Assembly: GCA_034722055.1 (NCBI GenBank)
Contig: JAYENL010000266.1
Coordinates: 1 to 13,889, forward strand
DNA from: Armatimonadota bacterium
GTDB taxonomy: Bacteria; Armatimonadota; Zipacnadia; Zipacnadales; UBA5352
Direction of reading: 5' to 3'
Length of the DNA: 13,889 nt
The notes under the pieces are model-generated. The model made no database searches. It was given only the letters and a program-made list of their open reading frames with translations, and was not told the DNA's origin. Positions 1-8,116 of the stretch are shown here, in pieces (positions within the stretch are counted from its first letter, which is position 1; each line of letters opens with the position of its first letter). The translations under genes and the position numbers were made by a program.

Positions 1-672
1 CTGTTGGCCGTGGAGGGGCCGCCTGAGGGCGCTCCTCAGGAGCGCGCGAAGTCGGCCCGCTGCAGGCGAAGTGACGCAATCGGCGGCCTGGACGGCCAAC
101 GGCCGGGCCGGCTTCGGCTCCAGCGAACGATGCTGGAGCCTCAGACGGCCCCTCCGGACGGCAGACAGCGAATCGCCAGTCGCCACGATGTGGGTAAAGA
201 TAAGTCGTGCGGAGGGGCGGGCTTCCTTGCCCGCCCGGCCGTTGTCGTTCGTCGCGCCGTTTGGAGAGGCCGGCCTCCGTCCCGGCCCGGCCGTCGTCTC
301 TATCATTGTCCTCCGCGTAGGTCGGGCTTCCGGAGATCGCAAGCGATCTCAGCGACAACGACAGACGGCGCACGGGCAGGAGTGCCCGTGCCACGGAACG
401 GCAGGCGTTGTCGTCGCCGTCAGCTTGGAGCTTGCAGCTTGTGGCTTGCGGCTTGAGTGTCCGTGCCACGGAACGGCAGGCGTTGTCGTCGGCGTCAGCT
501 TGCAGCTTGCAGCTTGTGGCTTGCGGCTTGAGTCTCCGTGCCACGGAACGGCAGGCGTTGTCGTCGCCGTCAGCTTGGAGCTTGCAGCTTGTCGCTTGCG
601 GCTTGAGTGTCCGTGTCCCGGCATGCCGGCGCTTGTCGTGCCGTTTGGAGACACGCGCCTCCGTTCGCATCC
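1..672. repeat. Mosaic REP/BIME-like palindromic repeat cluster 1
   Basis: Inverted doublet 12-155; GGAG-footed hairpins at 211-236, 263-288 and (degenerate) 647-672; GTAG-footed hairpin from 317; inverted GTGG-footed hairpin 370-394; 75-bp tandem array 380-615. Segment 313-403 matches 4978-5068 (91 nt, 1 mismatch) and 12-55 is identical to 13846-13889. Confidence 0.9.
380..615 (+). repeat. 75-bp tandem repeat (3 full copies plus a partial), each containing five NNGCTTG heptamers
   Basis: Units start at 380, 455, 530 and 605 (GAGTGYCCGTGCCACGGAACGGCAGGCGTTGTCGTC..CAGCTTG GAGCTTG CAGCTTG TGGCTTG CGGCTTG) and differ by only a few substitutions. A single related unit lies at about 5045-5142. 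Confidence 0.95.
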
Positions 673-755
673 AGCCATCGCCTCAGAGGTTCGATGGCCC
701 CACATGGCGAACCGCATCACTCCCGTCCGCAGCAGTCCAGCCCGAGGTGAGTCAC

Positions 756-1697
756 GTGCGCATCGAGCCATATGATCCCGCGGCGGCCCCACAGGTCGCG
801 GACCTGATCCGCCAGGCCTTCGCGGAGCACTGCGGCCGCACGCCGCTGAACCTTTCATCGCCCCCGGCGCCGTACGCGACGGTTGAGGAGCTGGCGGAGG
901 CGCTCGGTGACGACGCAGTCTGCGCAGAGGCCAGCTTTGTGGCGCGTGATGGCGACATGCTATTGTCCGCAGCGATTGCGCGCCGTGACGGCGACGACCT
1001 CGGCTGGTGGCGGATCGCCACCGACCCGGCGCACCGGCGCCAGGGCCTCGCGCAACGATGCATGGAGGCGGGGGAGAGGGCGCTGCGGGCGATGGATGCT
1101 GAGCGCGTCGTCACAGTCGAGACCGTGGACAGCCGCTGGGAGGCGGCCGGCGGGCTCTTCAAGGCGCTCGGGTACGAGCTCGAGGACCCGGATCGGCGCA
1201 ACATCACCATGGCCGTGCGGGGATGGACCCCGCGGGAGCTGGTCCTGCCCGACGGCTACGAGCTGGGCACGCTGGCCGAGGCTGACATCGAGAGCTGGCT
1301 GGAGTGCCGCAACCGCGTCTTCGGAGGCGACGCTGACGAGGAGTGGTTCCGCGGGCGCTTCAGCAGCCGCGCCGACTTCGACCCCACCGGCTGGCACCTC
1401 ATCAAGCAGGGCGGGCGCATCGTCGCCATCGCCGGCGCGCTGGACATCTGCCACCGGCGCGACCCCGAGCGCCTGCGGGGCGCCATGATCGAGTATGTGG
1501 GGGTGCTGGAGGATCATCGCGGCAGGGGGCTGGGCGAGGCGGTGGTGGTGGCCTGCCTCAACTGGCTGGCGGACCGGGGCGTGGAGCTGGCCATGCTGCT
1601 GACACAGCCCTTCCGCGTGCCGGCGGTTCGGCTGTATGAGAAGCTGGGCTTCCGGACCATCGCCGCCTGGCACCGGTGGGTGAAGCCTTTAGCGTAG
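756..1697 (+). CDS. Tandem GNAT-family N-acetyltransferase (two GNAT domains), about 313 aa
   Basis: Two acetyl-CoA-binding motif A sequences (TDPAHRRQGLA; VLEDHRGRGLG) and a C-terminal AVRLYEKLGF. Start reassigned to GTG 756 because GAGGTG (SD) lies at 744-749 and the upstream part of ORF 408..1697 is translated repeat. Confidence 0.88.
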   Translation: MRIEPYDPAAAPQVADLIRQAFAEHCGRTPLNLSSPPAPYATVEELAEALGDDAVCAEASFVARDGDMLLSAAIARRDGDDLGWWRIATDPAHRRQGLAQRCMEAGERALRAMDAERVVTVETVDSRWEAAGGLFKALGYELEDPDRRNITMAVRGWTPRELVLPDGYELGTLAEADIESWLECRNRVFGGDADEEWFRGRFSSRADFDPTGWHLIKQGGRIVAIAGALDICHRRDPERLRGAMIEYVGVLEDHRGRGLGEAVVVACLNWLADRGVELAMLLTQPFRVPAVRLYEKLGFRTIAAWHRWVKPLA

Positions 1698-1699
1698 CG

Positions 1700-3694
1700 T
1701 CACGTGAACCAGACGCGCGCTCGCTCCGCGGCACGGCCGAAGAAGCTGCCCACGATGGCCCAGGCGATGCCCATGGTGAAGAAGTGCCCCAGCGCCAGCC
1801 CAATGAAGGCCGGCGTGAGGCGCTTGTAGAGCCCCACCCCGCCGAACCGCAGGATGGCCCCCTTGATCAGCCACACCGCCAGGAACCCGCCCCAGATCTG
1901 CGAGGAGTAGGCCGCGGCCATGGCGTAGCCCAGCGGATGCAGCGGGAAGCGCAGGTAGTAGTGCCGCAGCGTGAAGAGCAGCCCTGAGATCCCCGCGCCC
2001 ACCACCATGGCGATGCTCCTCGGGCGGTCCGGCCCCGGCGGCTTGTCGATCGCCGAGGCCGTGGCCTCGTACTCCCGGACCGTCAGCCGCGTCCGCGGTC
2101 CGCCCGCGATGCCCCCGCTCTCCACCACGTTCCCGCCGAACTCGTAGTAGGTGTCCAGATGCATCCACCAGGCCATCAGCAGGCCCAGGACCACCGCCAC
2201 CACCCCGGCGACCGCGTAGTGGCGGGCCCTCGCGCGCAGCTCCTCGGCCGCCCGGTAGCTCTCCAGAGGGTAGGCTGTGGAGCTGAAGAAGAAGCCCCGC
2301 GACAAAAAGAACAGCATCGCCCAGACGCTCATCGTGGACGGCCCGCCGATCTGCAGCCACCGCTCAGCGCCCAGCAGCGCCTGGGGCATCTTCCGGGCCT
2401 GGTAGAACGGGAACAGCCAGGTGCTGGGCGTGCCGGTCTCACAGCGCACCCGCATATACGTCAGCGCGAATCCGAACAGGAAGATCAGATACACCGCTGC
2501 CGCGGCCAGGTGCATGCCCGCCAGGTGGCACCATACCAGCAGCAGGCCGCCGGCCACGATCAGTCCCGCAAGAGCCCACCGCGGCGGGAACGGATCCCAG
2601 GCCGCTGCGACGGGTCGTCCCCGGCCGAAGAGTGCCCGGGCAGCGCCGCCGATGTGCTCCCGCGCCCGCCACAGCAGCAGCGCGGCAATCAGCAGGTAGG
2701 CCCCCGCTCCCTGCTCCTGCTCCAGCGGGAAGCCGGCCACGTCCGCGCCGAAGGAGACCGCCACCACGTTCGAGAGGCGTTCGGCGAGCGCGAACATCCA
2801 CACCGAGAAGGCCACCTCCAGCGACACCAGGTACCCGAAGCCGATGATCTCCGGCCGGTGGGAGATGAACAGCGGCCGGATCGCGCTCCAGGGCCGCTCG
2901 GTGAACAGTCCTCCGATGTCGTAGCGCCTGCCGGGCGCCGGCACCGCCGGGTTCAGGCTGTTGGCGATGTTCGCGACGTTGAAGACCACCGCGATCAGGA
3001 AGCCCGTCCACATCACCGGATCGCGGAAGAACGGCACCCCCTCGGTCTCTCCCGACACGCCCTCCGTCATGTCCAGCGGCAGGTACAGCAGCGGGAAGGC
3101 CAGACGCTCGCCCTCCACCCAGGGCCTGCGCACCAGCACCGTCAGGCACAGCGCGGTGACCCACAACAGCGTCAGCAGCAGCGTCCAGTGGATGATGGGC
3201 TGCGTCCACGCCGCCCACGGCACCGCCCCCTCCTTCGCCTCCCAGAGCGTGCGGATGACCTCCGGGTCCTGCGGCCGCAGCCAGTCGGGGATGTGAGGCT
3301 GGATCAGCTCCAGCTTGTTGTCCGGCTCGGCGAAGTACGCGGGCGCCGTCGCGCAGGGGATGACCATCCGGAGCACGCCCAGGCTGGTCATCATCGAGCC
3401 GATGGCCACGAAGAAGTAGATCAGCACCATCTCGCGGCGCGTCAGCGACAGCCTCGGGCCCAGCCTCGACAGCAGCGGGTGGAGGACAGCCAGCAGCAGC
3501 AGCGCCGCCACCGCCGGCACCGGGGGCGTGGCCTCGGTGAGGTTGATGGTGTGCACCAGCAGCTCCGAGTGCCGCACCCACAGCACCGCCCCGAACAGCA
3601 GGGCGGTGCCGATGAACAGCGCGCGCGGCGTCAGCGCGCCGCGCGGCCTGACCGTCGCGGTGTCGGTTGAGGTTCGCGGGATCGCAGTCGCCAT
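1700..3694 (-). CDS. Polytopic membrane protein, DUF6785/DUF6784-like (putative transporter), 664 aa
   Basis: Many hydrophobic helices. Motifs ERLAFPLLYLP and FPLHPLGY and the N-terminal LTPRALFIG match my recollection of the DUF6785/DUF6784 family; not verified by HMM search. Confidence 0.78.
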   Translation of the reverse strand: MATAIPRTSTDTATVRPRGALTPRALFIGTALLFGAVLWVRHSELLVHTINLTEATPPVPAVAALLLLAVLHPLLSRLGPRLSLTRREMVLIYFFVAIGSMMTSLGVLRMVIPCATAPAYFAEPDNKLELIQPHIPDWLRPQDPEVIRTLWEAKEGAVPWAAWTQPIIHWTLLLTLLWVTALCLTVLVRRPWVEGERLAFPLLYLPLDMTEGVSGETEGVPFFRDPVMWTGFLIAVVFNVANIANSLNPAVPAPGRRYDIGGLFTERPWSAIRPLFISHRPEIIGFGYLVSLEVAFSVWMFALAERLSNVVAVSFGADVAGFPLEQEQGAGAYLLIAALLLWRAREHIGGAARALFGRGRPVAAAWDPFPPRWALAGLIVAGGLLLVWCHLAGMHLAAAAVYLIFLFGFALTYMRVRCETGTPSTWLFPFYQARKMPQALLGAERWLQIGGPSTMSVWAMLFFLSRGFFFSSTAYPLESYRAAEELRARARHYAVAGVVAVVLGLLMAWWMHLDTYYEFGGNVVESGGIAGGPRTRLTVREYEATASAIDKPPGPDRPRSIAMVVGAGISGLLFTLRHYYLRFPLHPLGYAMAAAYSSQIWGGFLAVWLIKGAILRFGGVGLYKRLTPAFIGLALGHFFTMGIAWAIVGSFFGRAAERARVWFT

Positions 3695-3700
3695 GGGGGG

Positions 3701-4603
3701 CTATTGCCGCAGGCGGGCATACTCCTCGGCAAAGGCGGTGCCGTCAAACCGCTCGTCGTTGCCCAGCTCCTCCAGGTAGCAGATGACGCCCTCGCGGCGC
3801 GCGACCTTGGCGGCCAGCGCCACCTTCACCGCCTCCAGGTTGTCATCCAGCGGGATTGGCGCCTCGCCCTCACTCACCGCGGCGAGGAAGCGGTCAATGA
3901 GGTGCTCGTAGACGCCACTGCTGACCTCTCGCGCGAAGACGCCGTTGGCGGCGGCCACCGACAGGAACCAGGGGCTGGAGATGGCGCCCAGCGCGAAGAA
4001 CACCGGCGTGCCGTCATCGTAGTCGGCGCGGAAGACGTCCATCGGCCCCTTCTCGCCGACGTGCTCCACCGCCAGCACCCCGGCGCCGAAGAAGCCCTGC
4101 AGCATCTCGATGGTGTGGATCCCGTAGTTGAAGAAGTCGCCCCGGCCCTGCCCCCAGCCGACCCCGATCTCGCCCATCTCCTCGCGCAGCCCCGCCAGCT
4201 CCTGCACCTCCGGCGCCCAGCGCACCGCCGAGCCGCCCATGATCAGCGTCCCGTGCCTGGCCTCCAGCCGCAGCAGCTCGTGCAGGTCGTGCAGATTGCC
4301 CACCATGGGCTTGTCCAGCAGCACCGGGACGCCGGCCTCGATGAAGGGCATAGCGTGGGGCAGATGCAGGTCCCAGTTGGCGCTGTGCACGATGGCCGCG
4401 TCCACCAGCTCCACCATCTCGTCGATGGTATCGGTAACCCTCGCGATGCCCTGCTCCTGGGCGAACTCCTCCGCATAGCCCTCCGGGCGGACCCCACCAG
4501 CGTCATGGAGGGCCACCACCTCGGCGTCGTCCCGCTGCGTGATGATCGGAATCCACGATCCCGGATGCGAGGTACACAGGTCCACCATGCCGAGCCTGAT
4601 CAC
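3701..4603 (-). CDS. Gfo/Idh/MocA-family NAD(P)-dependent oxidoreductase, about 300 aa
   Basis: N-terminal IRLGMVDLCTSH, HLPHAMPFIEAGVPVLLDKP (variant of the EKP motif) and YGIHTIE. Start placed at GTG 4603 behind a GGAGG SD; ATG 4624 is an alternative. It ends 6 nt before the membrane protein gene, suggesting an operon. Confidence 0.85.
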   Translation of the reverse strand: MIRLGMVDLCTSHPGSWIPIITQRDDAEVVALHDAGGVRPEGYAEEFAQEQGIARVTDTIDEMVELVDAAIVHSANWDLHLPHAMPFIEAGVPVLLDKPMVGNLHDLHELLRLEARHGTLIMGGSAVRWAPEVQELAGLREEMGEIGVGWGQGRGDFFNYGIHTIEMLQGFFGAGVLAVEHVGEKGPMDVFRADYDDGTPVFFALGAISSPWFLSVAAANGVFAREVSSGVYEHLIDRFLAAVSEGEAPIPLDDNLEAVKVALAAKVARREGVICYLEELGNDERFDGTAFAEEYARLRQ

Positions 4604-4696
4604 CGCAAGCCCTCCATTCGCCATCGTCTCTGATGCGCCAGGCCACCTATTCGCCGCCTCCGCGGTTGCGCCTCCTCTCCGCCGCCCAGCCGTGGC

Positions 4697-5145
4697 CGTG
4701 CCGTCAGGAGGGGTGGGCTTCCTTGCCCGCCCGGCCTTTGCCGTTGGCGGTTGATCGCATGGGAATCGGCACAGCGGAGGGGCCGCCTGAGCGCGCCGCC
4801 AAGAGGCGCGCGAAGTCGGCCCTGTCGATGCCCCGACGTGGGCCGGCTTCGTCGGGCTCGAGAGCCCTCCTCAGGACGGCCCCTCCGACGACCTCTCTCG
4901 TGCCGTTCGGAGGGGCGCGACTACGCTCGCGCCCGGTCGTTGTCATTGGCTCCAACCTTCGCGTAGGTCGGGCTTCCCCGCGTAGGTCGGGCTTCCGGAG
5001 ATCGCAAGCGATCTCACCGACAACGACAGACGGCGCACGGGCAGGAGTGCCCGTGCCACGGAACGGCAAGGGCAGTCGTTGTCGTCAGCTTGCAGCTTGC
5101 AGCTTGTGGCTTGCGGCTTGAGTCTCCGTGTCACGGAACGGCGGG
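4697..5145. repeat. Mosaic REP/BIME-like repeat cluster 2
   Basis: GGAG hairpins 4707-4732 and 4909-4934; inverted doublet 4775-4887; GTAG units at 4963 and 4982; inverted GTGG hairpin 5035-5059; heptamer block about 5086-5120. Segment 4697-4819 aligns with 13763-13889. Confidence 0.9.
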
Positions 5146-5164
5146 GTTTGCCCTCGGCTGCGGC

Positions 5165-8116
5165 TCACTGGGAGCCGAGCCGGAAGACGCCCACGTCCCC
5201 GTCCGCCACGTCCAGCGCAATCTCGGTGGCCTCCCGCGCCACGACCTCGCCGCTCCGCAGGTCCGTGACAGTGGCGGGCTCGGGGAGCGTCACGCGCCTG
5301 GGCTGCTCGGCGCCCTCCAGCACCATCAGGTCAGGCCCGAACCACGCCCTCGCGTCCGTATCGGCCTGCGGCGCCACATCGACCCGCGCCGCCAGGCCCC
5401 GCAGGACCTCCGGTGGCAGCAGCGGCGCGGCGCTGAAGACGGAGGTGCAGTGTGGGAAGCGTAGCAGCGCCAGGCCGCAGAACTCGGTGCCCGCCAGCGT
5501 GCCGAGCCATTCCGCGCGCTCGTCGGCGCTGAAGAACCTGGGCGCTCCGGAGCCGAGGCCGTAGCTGAGGCCCTCGGCGCCGACGCCCGGCAGCGCGTCG
5601 GCGGCATCCACGGCCACCCGCAACGGTCCCCGCGGGGGCAGCAGAGTGAGCTTGATGCCCGTCAGGTACTTCATGGTGCGCCCGGTGATGCGTTGCTCGG
5701 CGACCGCGCCCGGCCCGTAGATGAAGATCAGCATGGCCCCCTCGCGGAAGGCGAAGCGCGCCAGCGCCCGCCCGTCCTCCGGCTCAGCGGTCAGCAGATC
5801 GGCGAAGATGTAGACGCGAGCGCGGGGTGCGCGCCCGGCGATCACCTCCGAGAGCAGACAGCGCCGCCACGAGAGCCCCGACCGCGCCAGCAGCCGCTGC
5901 TGATCCGCCAGCAGGGCGCCCGGCAGGCCGTCGGCGCCCGAGAGATAGCGCGCGCCGCGCTCATCGACGACGAACAGGACATCGACCACCGGCTCCACGC
6001 CGCGCGGCCGGCCCACCTCGCTCGCCAACCGGCCCAGACGGGCCACCGCCCCGGCGTCCGCTGCCAGCCCCGCCCCGGACACCAGCGCCGCCGCGGCACG
6101 CAACCCCGCGTCGCCAGACGCCCGCTCCAGGCACAGCACGCCGCCGCGGCGAGCCGCCTGAGCCGGAAGTGTCGGCACCACCGGCCCCGCCGGCGACCAC
6201 AGCGGCCCGGTGAGGAAGTCCAGCGTCCCGTCGTCGATGATCTCGCTCACCGCCAGGTGCGGCCATCGCCAGTGCCCCTCGGCCGACTGCTGCATCAGGT
6301 GGCCGTAGGGCGCCCCGACCAGCTTGCCCGGCGCCAGCTCCCGAAGCGCCGCCGCCATCTCCCGCAGCAGCGCCACCGGCGCCTCGGCGTGGAAGTGCAG
6401 CAGATCGATCATCGGGCGGTCGATGGCCGGGTCGTACAGCGAGGGCTCCGGCGCGTCCGGAAGCGGTGGTGGGACTCGCACCGCCTCGAAGCCCGGCAGC
6501 GACGGCCCCGGCGTCACGGGCGCGCCCCGTCGCTGCCCTACCCAGGCATCGCGGAACTCCTCCACGTTGCTGTACCGCTGCATCACCCACGCCCGGAAGG
6601 CCTCCTCACGCACCGGGGTGGCCTCGTCCCCCAGTCCCAGCGAGGCGCCCCACGGTCGCCATGCCCCCACGTCGCCCGCCAGCAGCTCGTAACCCGCCAC
6701 GCGATGCCCCCATGGCGCCGCCTCCACGTGCTCCACCAGGGCCCGCAAGCGGCGGAGGGCGTCCGCCTGCCACGCGGGAGCCATCAGGTCCGGGAGGGTT
6801 CGCTTGCGCCCGAAGCTGTCGGTCGGCGCCACCGTCTCGCCGCCGAACCGCACGAGCTGGTTGGGATGCGTCTCATCCCACGATGAGCTCGAGTCCAGGA
6901 AGACCTGCAGAAGCACCAGGGCGTCCTCGCCGGCCGCGGCCAGCACCGACGCCGCCCGGCGGTCCAGCCCGCCGTATCCCCCATCGGCGTCCGGCGCCCA
7001 GCCGAAGGGATGCGCGTCCGCGGTCGCGGGCAGCGCGACCAGCGCCGCGTCCGATGGCAGCGACACAGCGGGCGCGCCGCGCAGCTCGTGCACCAGCGGC
7101 CGGAGCGTCCTCCCGTTTACCACAATCGCCGGCGGACTGGTGCTGGCGTCGATGGCCGCTTTCACAGGCTCGGGAGGGCGTCCGCCGACGACAGTTCTGG
7201 TCGGCCGAGCGTCCGCCAGCGCCGCGCCATCGGAGTGCAGGCGAATCTGATAGCGCCCCGGCGGCAGCCAGGCCGGCACCTCCAGCGCCCCCGTCGCCTC
7301 CAGCTCCCCGCCGGCGGCATCTCTGCTGCTGAGGCGGCAGATGACCAGCGCACCGCCACTCTCCGCCGCCAGGTGGGCCTCGACCCTGGCGCGGCCCGCG
7401 GCCTCCTCCTCTGCCGCCAGCCGCGCCCGCACCGGGACCGTCTCTCCGGGAGCGAGGCTTGTGGGGACGCTGAGACTCACGACCCGCAGCTCACCACGTT
7501 GAGGGCGGTGAGCCTCAATCTCGTCGATGTAGAGCGTGTACGGGCGCCCGGCCTCCAGCGGCCCGAGGAGCAGGGAGAGCATGACAACGGGGAAATCAGG
7601 GCCGGGCCAGGGATCGCCCGGAGGCTGGCAGACCAGGTCCTCCAGGCGGAAGGCGATCTGGCGCCATCCCAGGTCCCCCGCCAGCGGCACCTCCTCGCTG
7701 AGGTAGCGCGCGCCGTCCGCGTCCACCATCTCCAGCCGCAGCCCCAGGCGATGGCCGTTGGGGTTCTTCAGCCACAGCGAGATGGCGCCGGCCGGCGCGG
7801 CCAGCGACCGCGACCATGTGAGCCTGGCCTCAGTCTGCTGTGGCGATGAGGGCACCAGGTGCCAGCGAAGGCTCTCGCCCTCTACGCGAGCGCCGGCGGT
7901 CGTGGAGAGCTCCCAGGCGTCGAAGAGAAACTGCGGCCGGTCGGGCGTCCGGCCGGCACTGAAGCGCGAGGCGTCCTCGCACGAGGTGATGGAGGTGGCG
8001 GTCCAGCTCTCCGGGATCGCAGCCGGGTTCTGAGCGTGAGCGGGCCGGAGATACAGCAGCAACACGGCGGGGAGCACCAGCCAGGCCGCGCGGCGCTGCA
8101 GCGGCGAGCGAAGCAT
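5165..8116 (-). CDS. Secreted multidomain glycoside-hydrolase-like protein (carbohydrate-binding/Ig-like N-terminus, GH42/beta-galactosidase-like barrel and C-terminal domain), 983 aa
   Basis: Signal peptide ending AHA|Q. A CBM-like region (AISLWLKNP...GWRQIAF...TLYIDEIEA) is followed by GH42-like segments (EAFRAWVMQRYSNVEEFRDAW; APGKLVGAPYGHL; LDFLTGP). Family assignment is by pattern recognition only. Confidence 0.65.
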   Translation of the reverse strand: MLRSPLQRRAAWLVLPAVLLLYLRPAHAQNPAAIPESWTATSITSCEDASRFSAGRTPDRPQFLFDAWELSTTAGARVEGESLRWHLVPSSPQQTEARLTWSRSLAAPAGAISLWLKNPNGHRLGLRLEMVDADGARYLSEEVPLAGDLGWRQIAFRLEDLVCQPPGDPWPGPDFPVVMLSLLLGPLEAGRPYTLYIDEIEAHRPQRGELRVVSLSVPTSLAPGETVPVRARLAAEEEAAGRARVEAHLAAESGGALVICRLSSRDAAGGELEATGALEVPAWLPPGRYQIRLHSDGAALADARPTRTVVGGRPPEPVKAAIDASTSPPAIVVNGRTLRPLVHELRGAPAVSLPSDAALVALPATADAHPFGWAPDADGGYGGLDRRAASVLAAAGEDALVLLQVFLDSSSSWDETHPNQLVRFGGETVAPTDSFGRKRTLPDLMAPAWQADALRRLRALVEHVEAAPWGHRVAGYELLAGDVGAWRPWGASLGLGDEATPVREEAFRAWVMQRYSNVEEFRDAWVGQRRGAPVTPGPSLPGFEAVRVPPPLPDAPEPSLYDPAIDRPMIDLLHFHAEAPVALLREMAAALRELAPGKLVGAPYGHLMQQSAEGHWRWPHLAVSEIIDDGTLDFLTGPLWSPAGPVVPTLPAQAARRGGVLCLERASGDAGLRAAAALVSGAGLAADAGAVARLGRLASEVGRPRGVEPVVDVLFVVDERGARYLSGADGLPGALLADQQRLLARSGLSWRRCLLSEVIAGRAPRARVYIFADLLTAEPEDGRALARFAFREGAMLIFIYGPGAVAEQRITGRTMKYLTGIKLTLLPPRGPLRVAVDAADALPGVGAEGLSYGLGSGAPRFFSADERAEWLGTLAGTEFCGLALLRFPHCTSVFSAAPLLPPEVLRGLAARVDVAPQADTDARAWFGPDLMVLEGAEQPRRVTLPEPATVTDLRSGEVVAREATEIALDVADGDVGVFRLGSQ

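Noticed and set aside
380..615. Possible CRISPR array (regular 75-nt period with a palindromic part)
   Set aside because: The would-be spacers are nearly identical to each other and made of heptamers. No cas genes or leader are seen, so it is a tandem repeat.
4..858. ORFs 4..456, 71..775, 349..858 and the N-terminal extension of 408..1697
   Set aside because: They are translations of the repeat cluster (75 nt is a multiple of 3, so frames stay open). The GNAT gene has a better SD-supported start at 756.
4775..4887. tRNA or rho-independent terminator reading of the cloverleaf and hairpins
   Set aside because: There are no D-loop, T-loop or CCA features and the stem lengths do not fit a tRNA. 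The hairpins lack U-tracts on either strand.
4633..5134. ORFs in repeat cluster 2, and similar ORFs at 8541-9260 in cluster 3
   Set aside because: They share peptides such as RRSGFRRSQAIS only because they translate the same REP units, and show no protein-family motifs.
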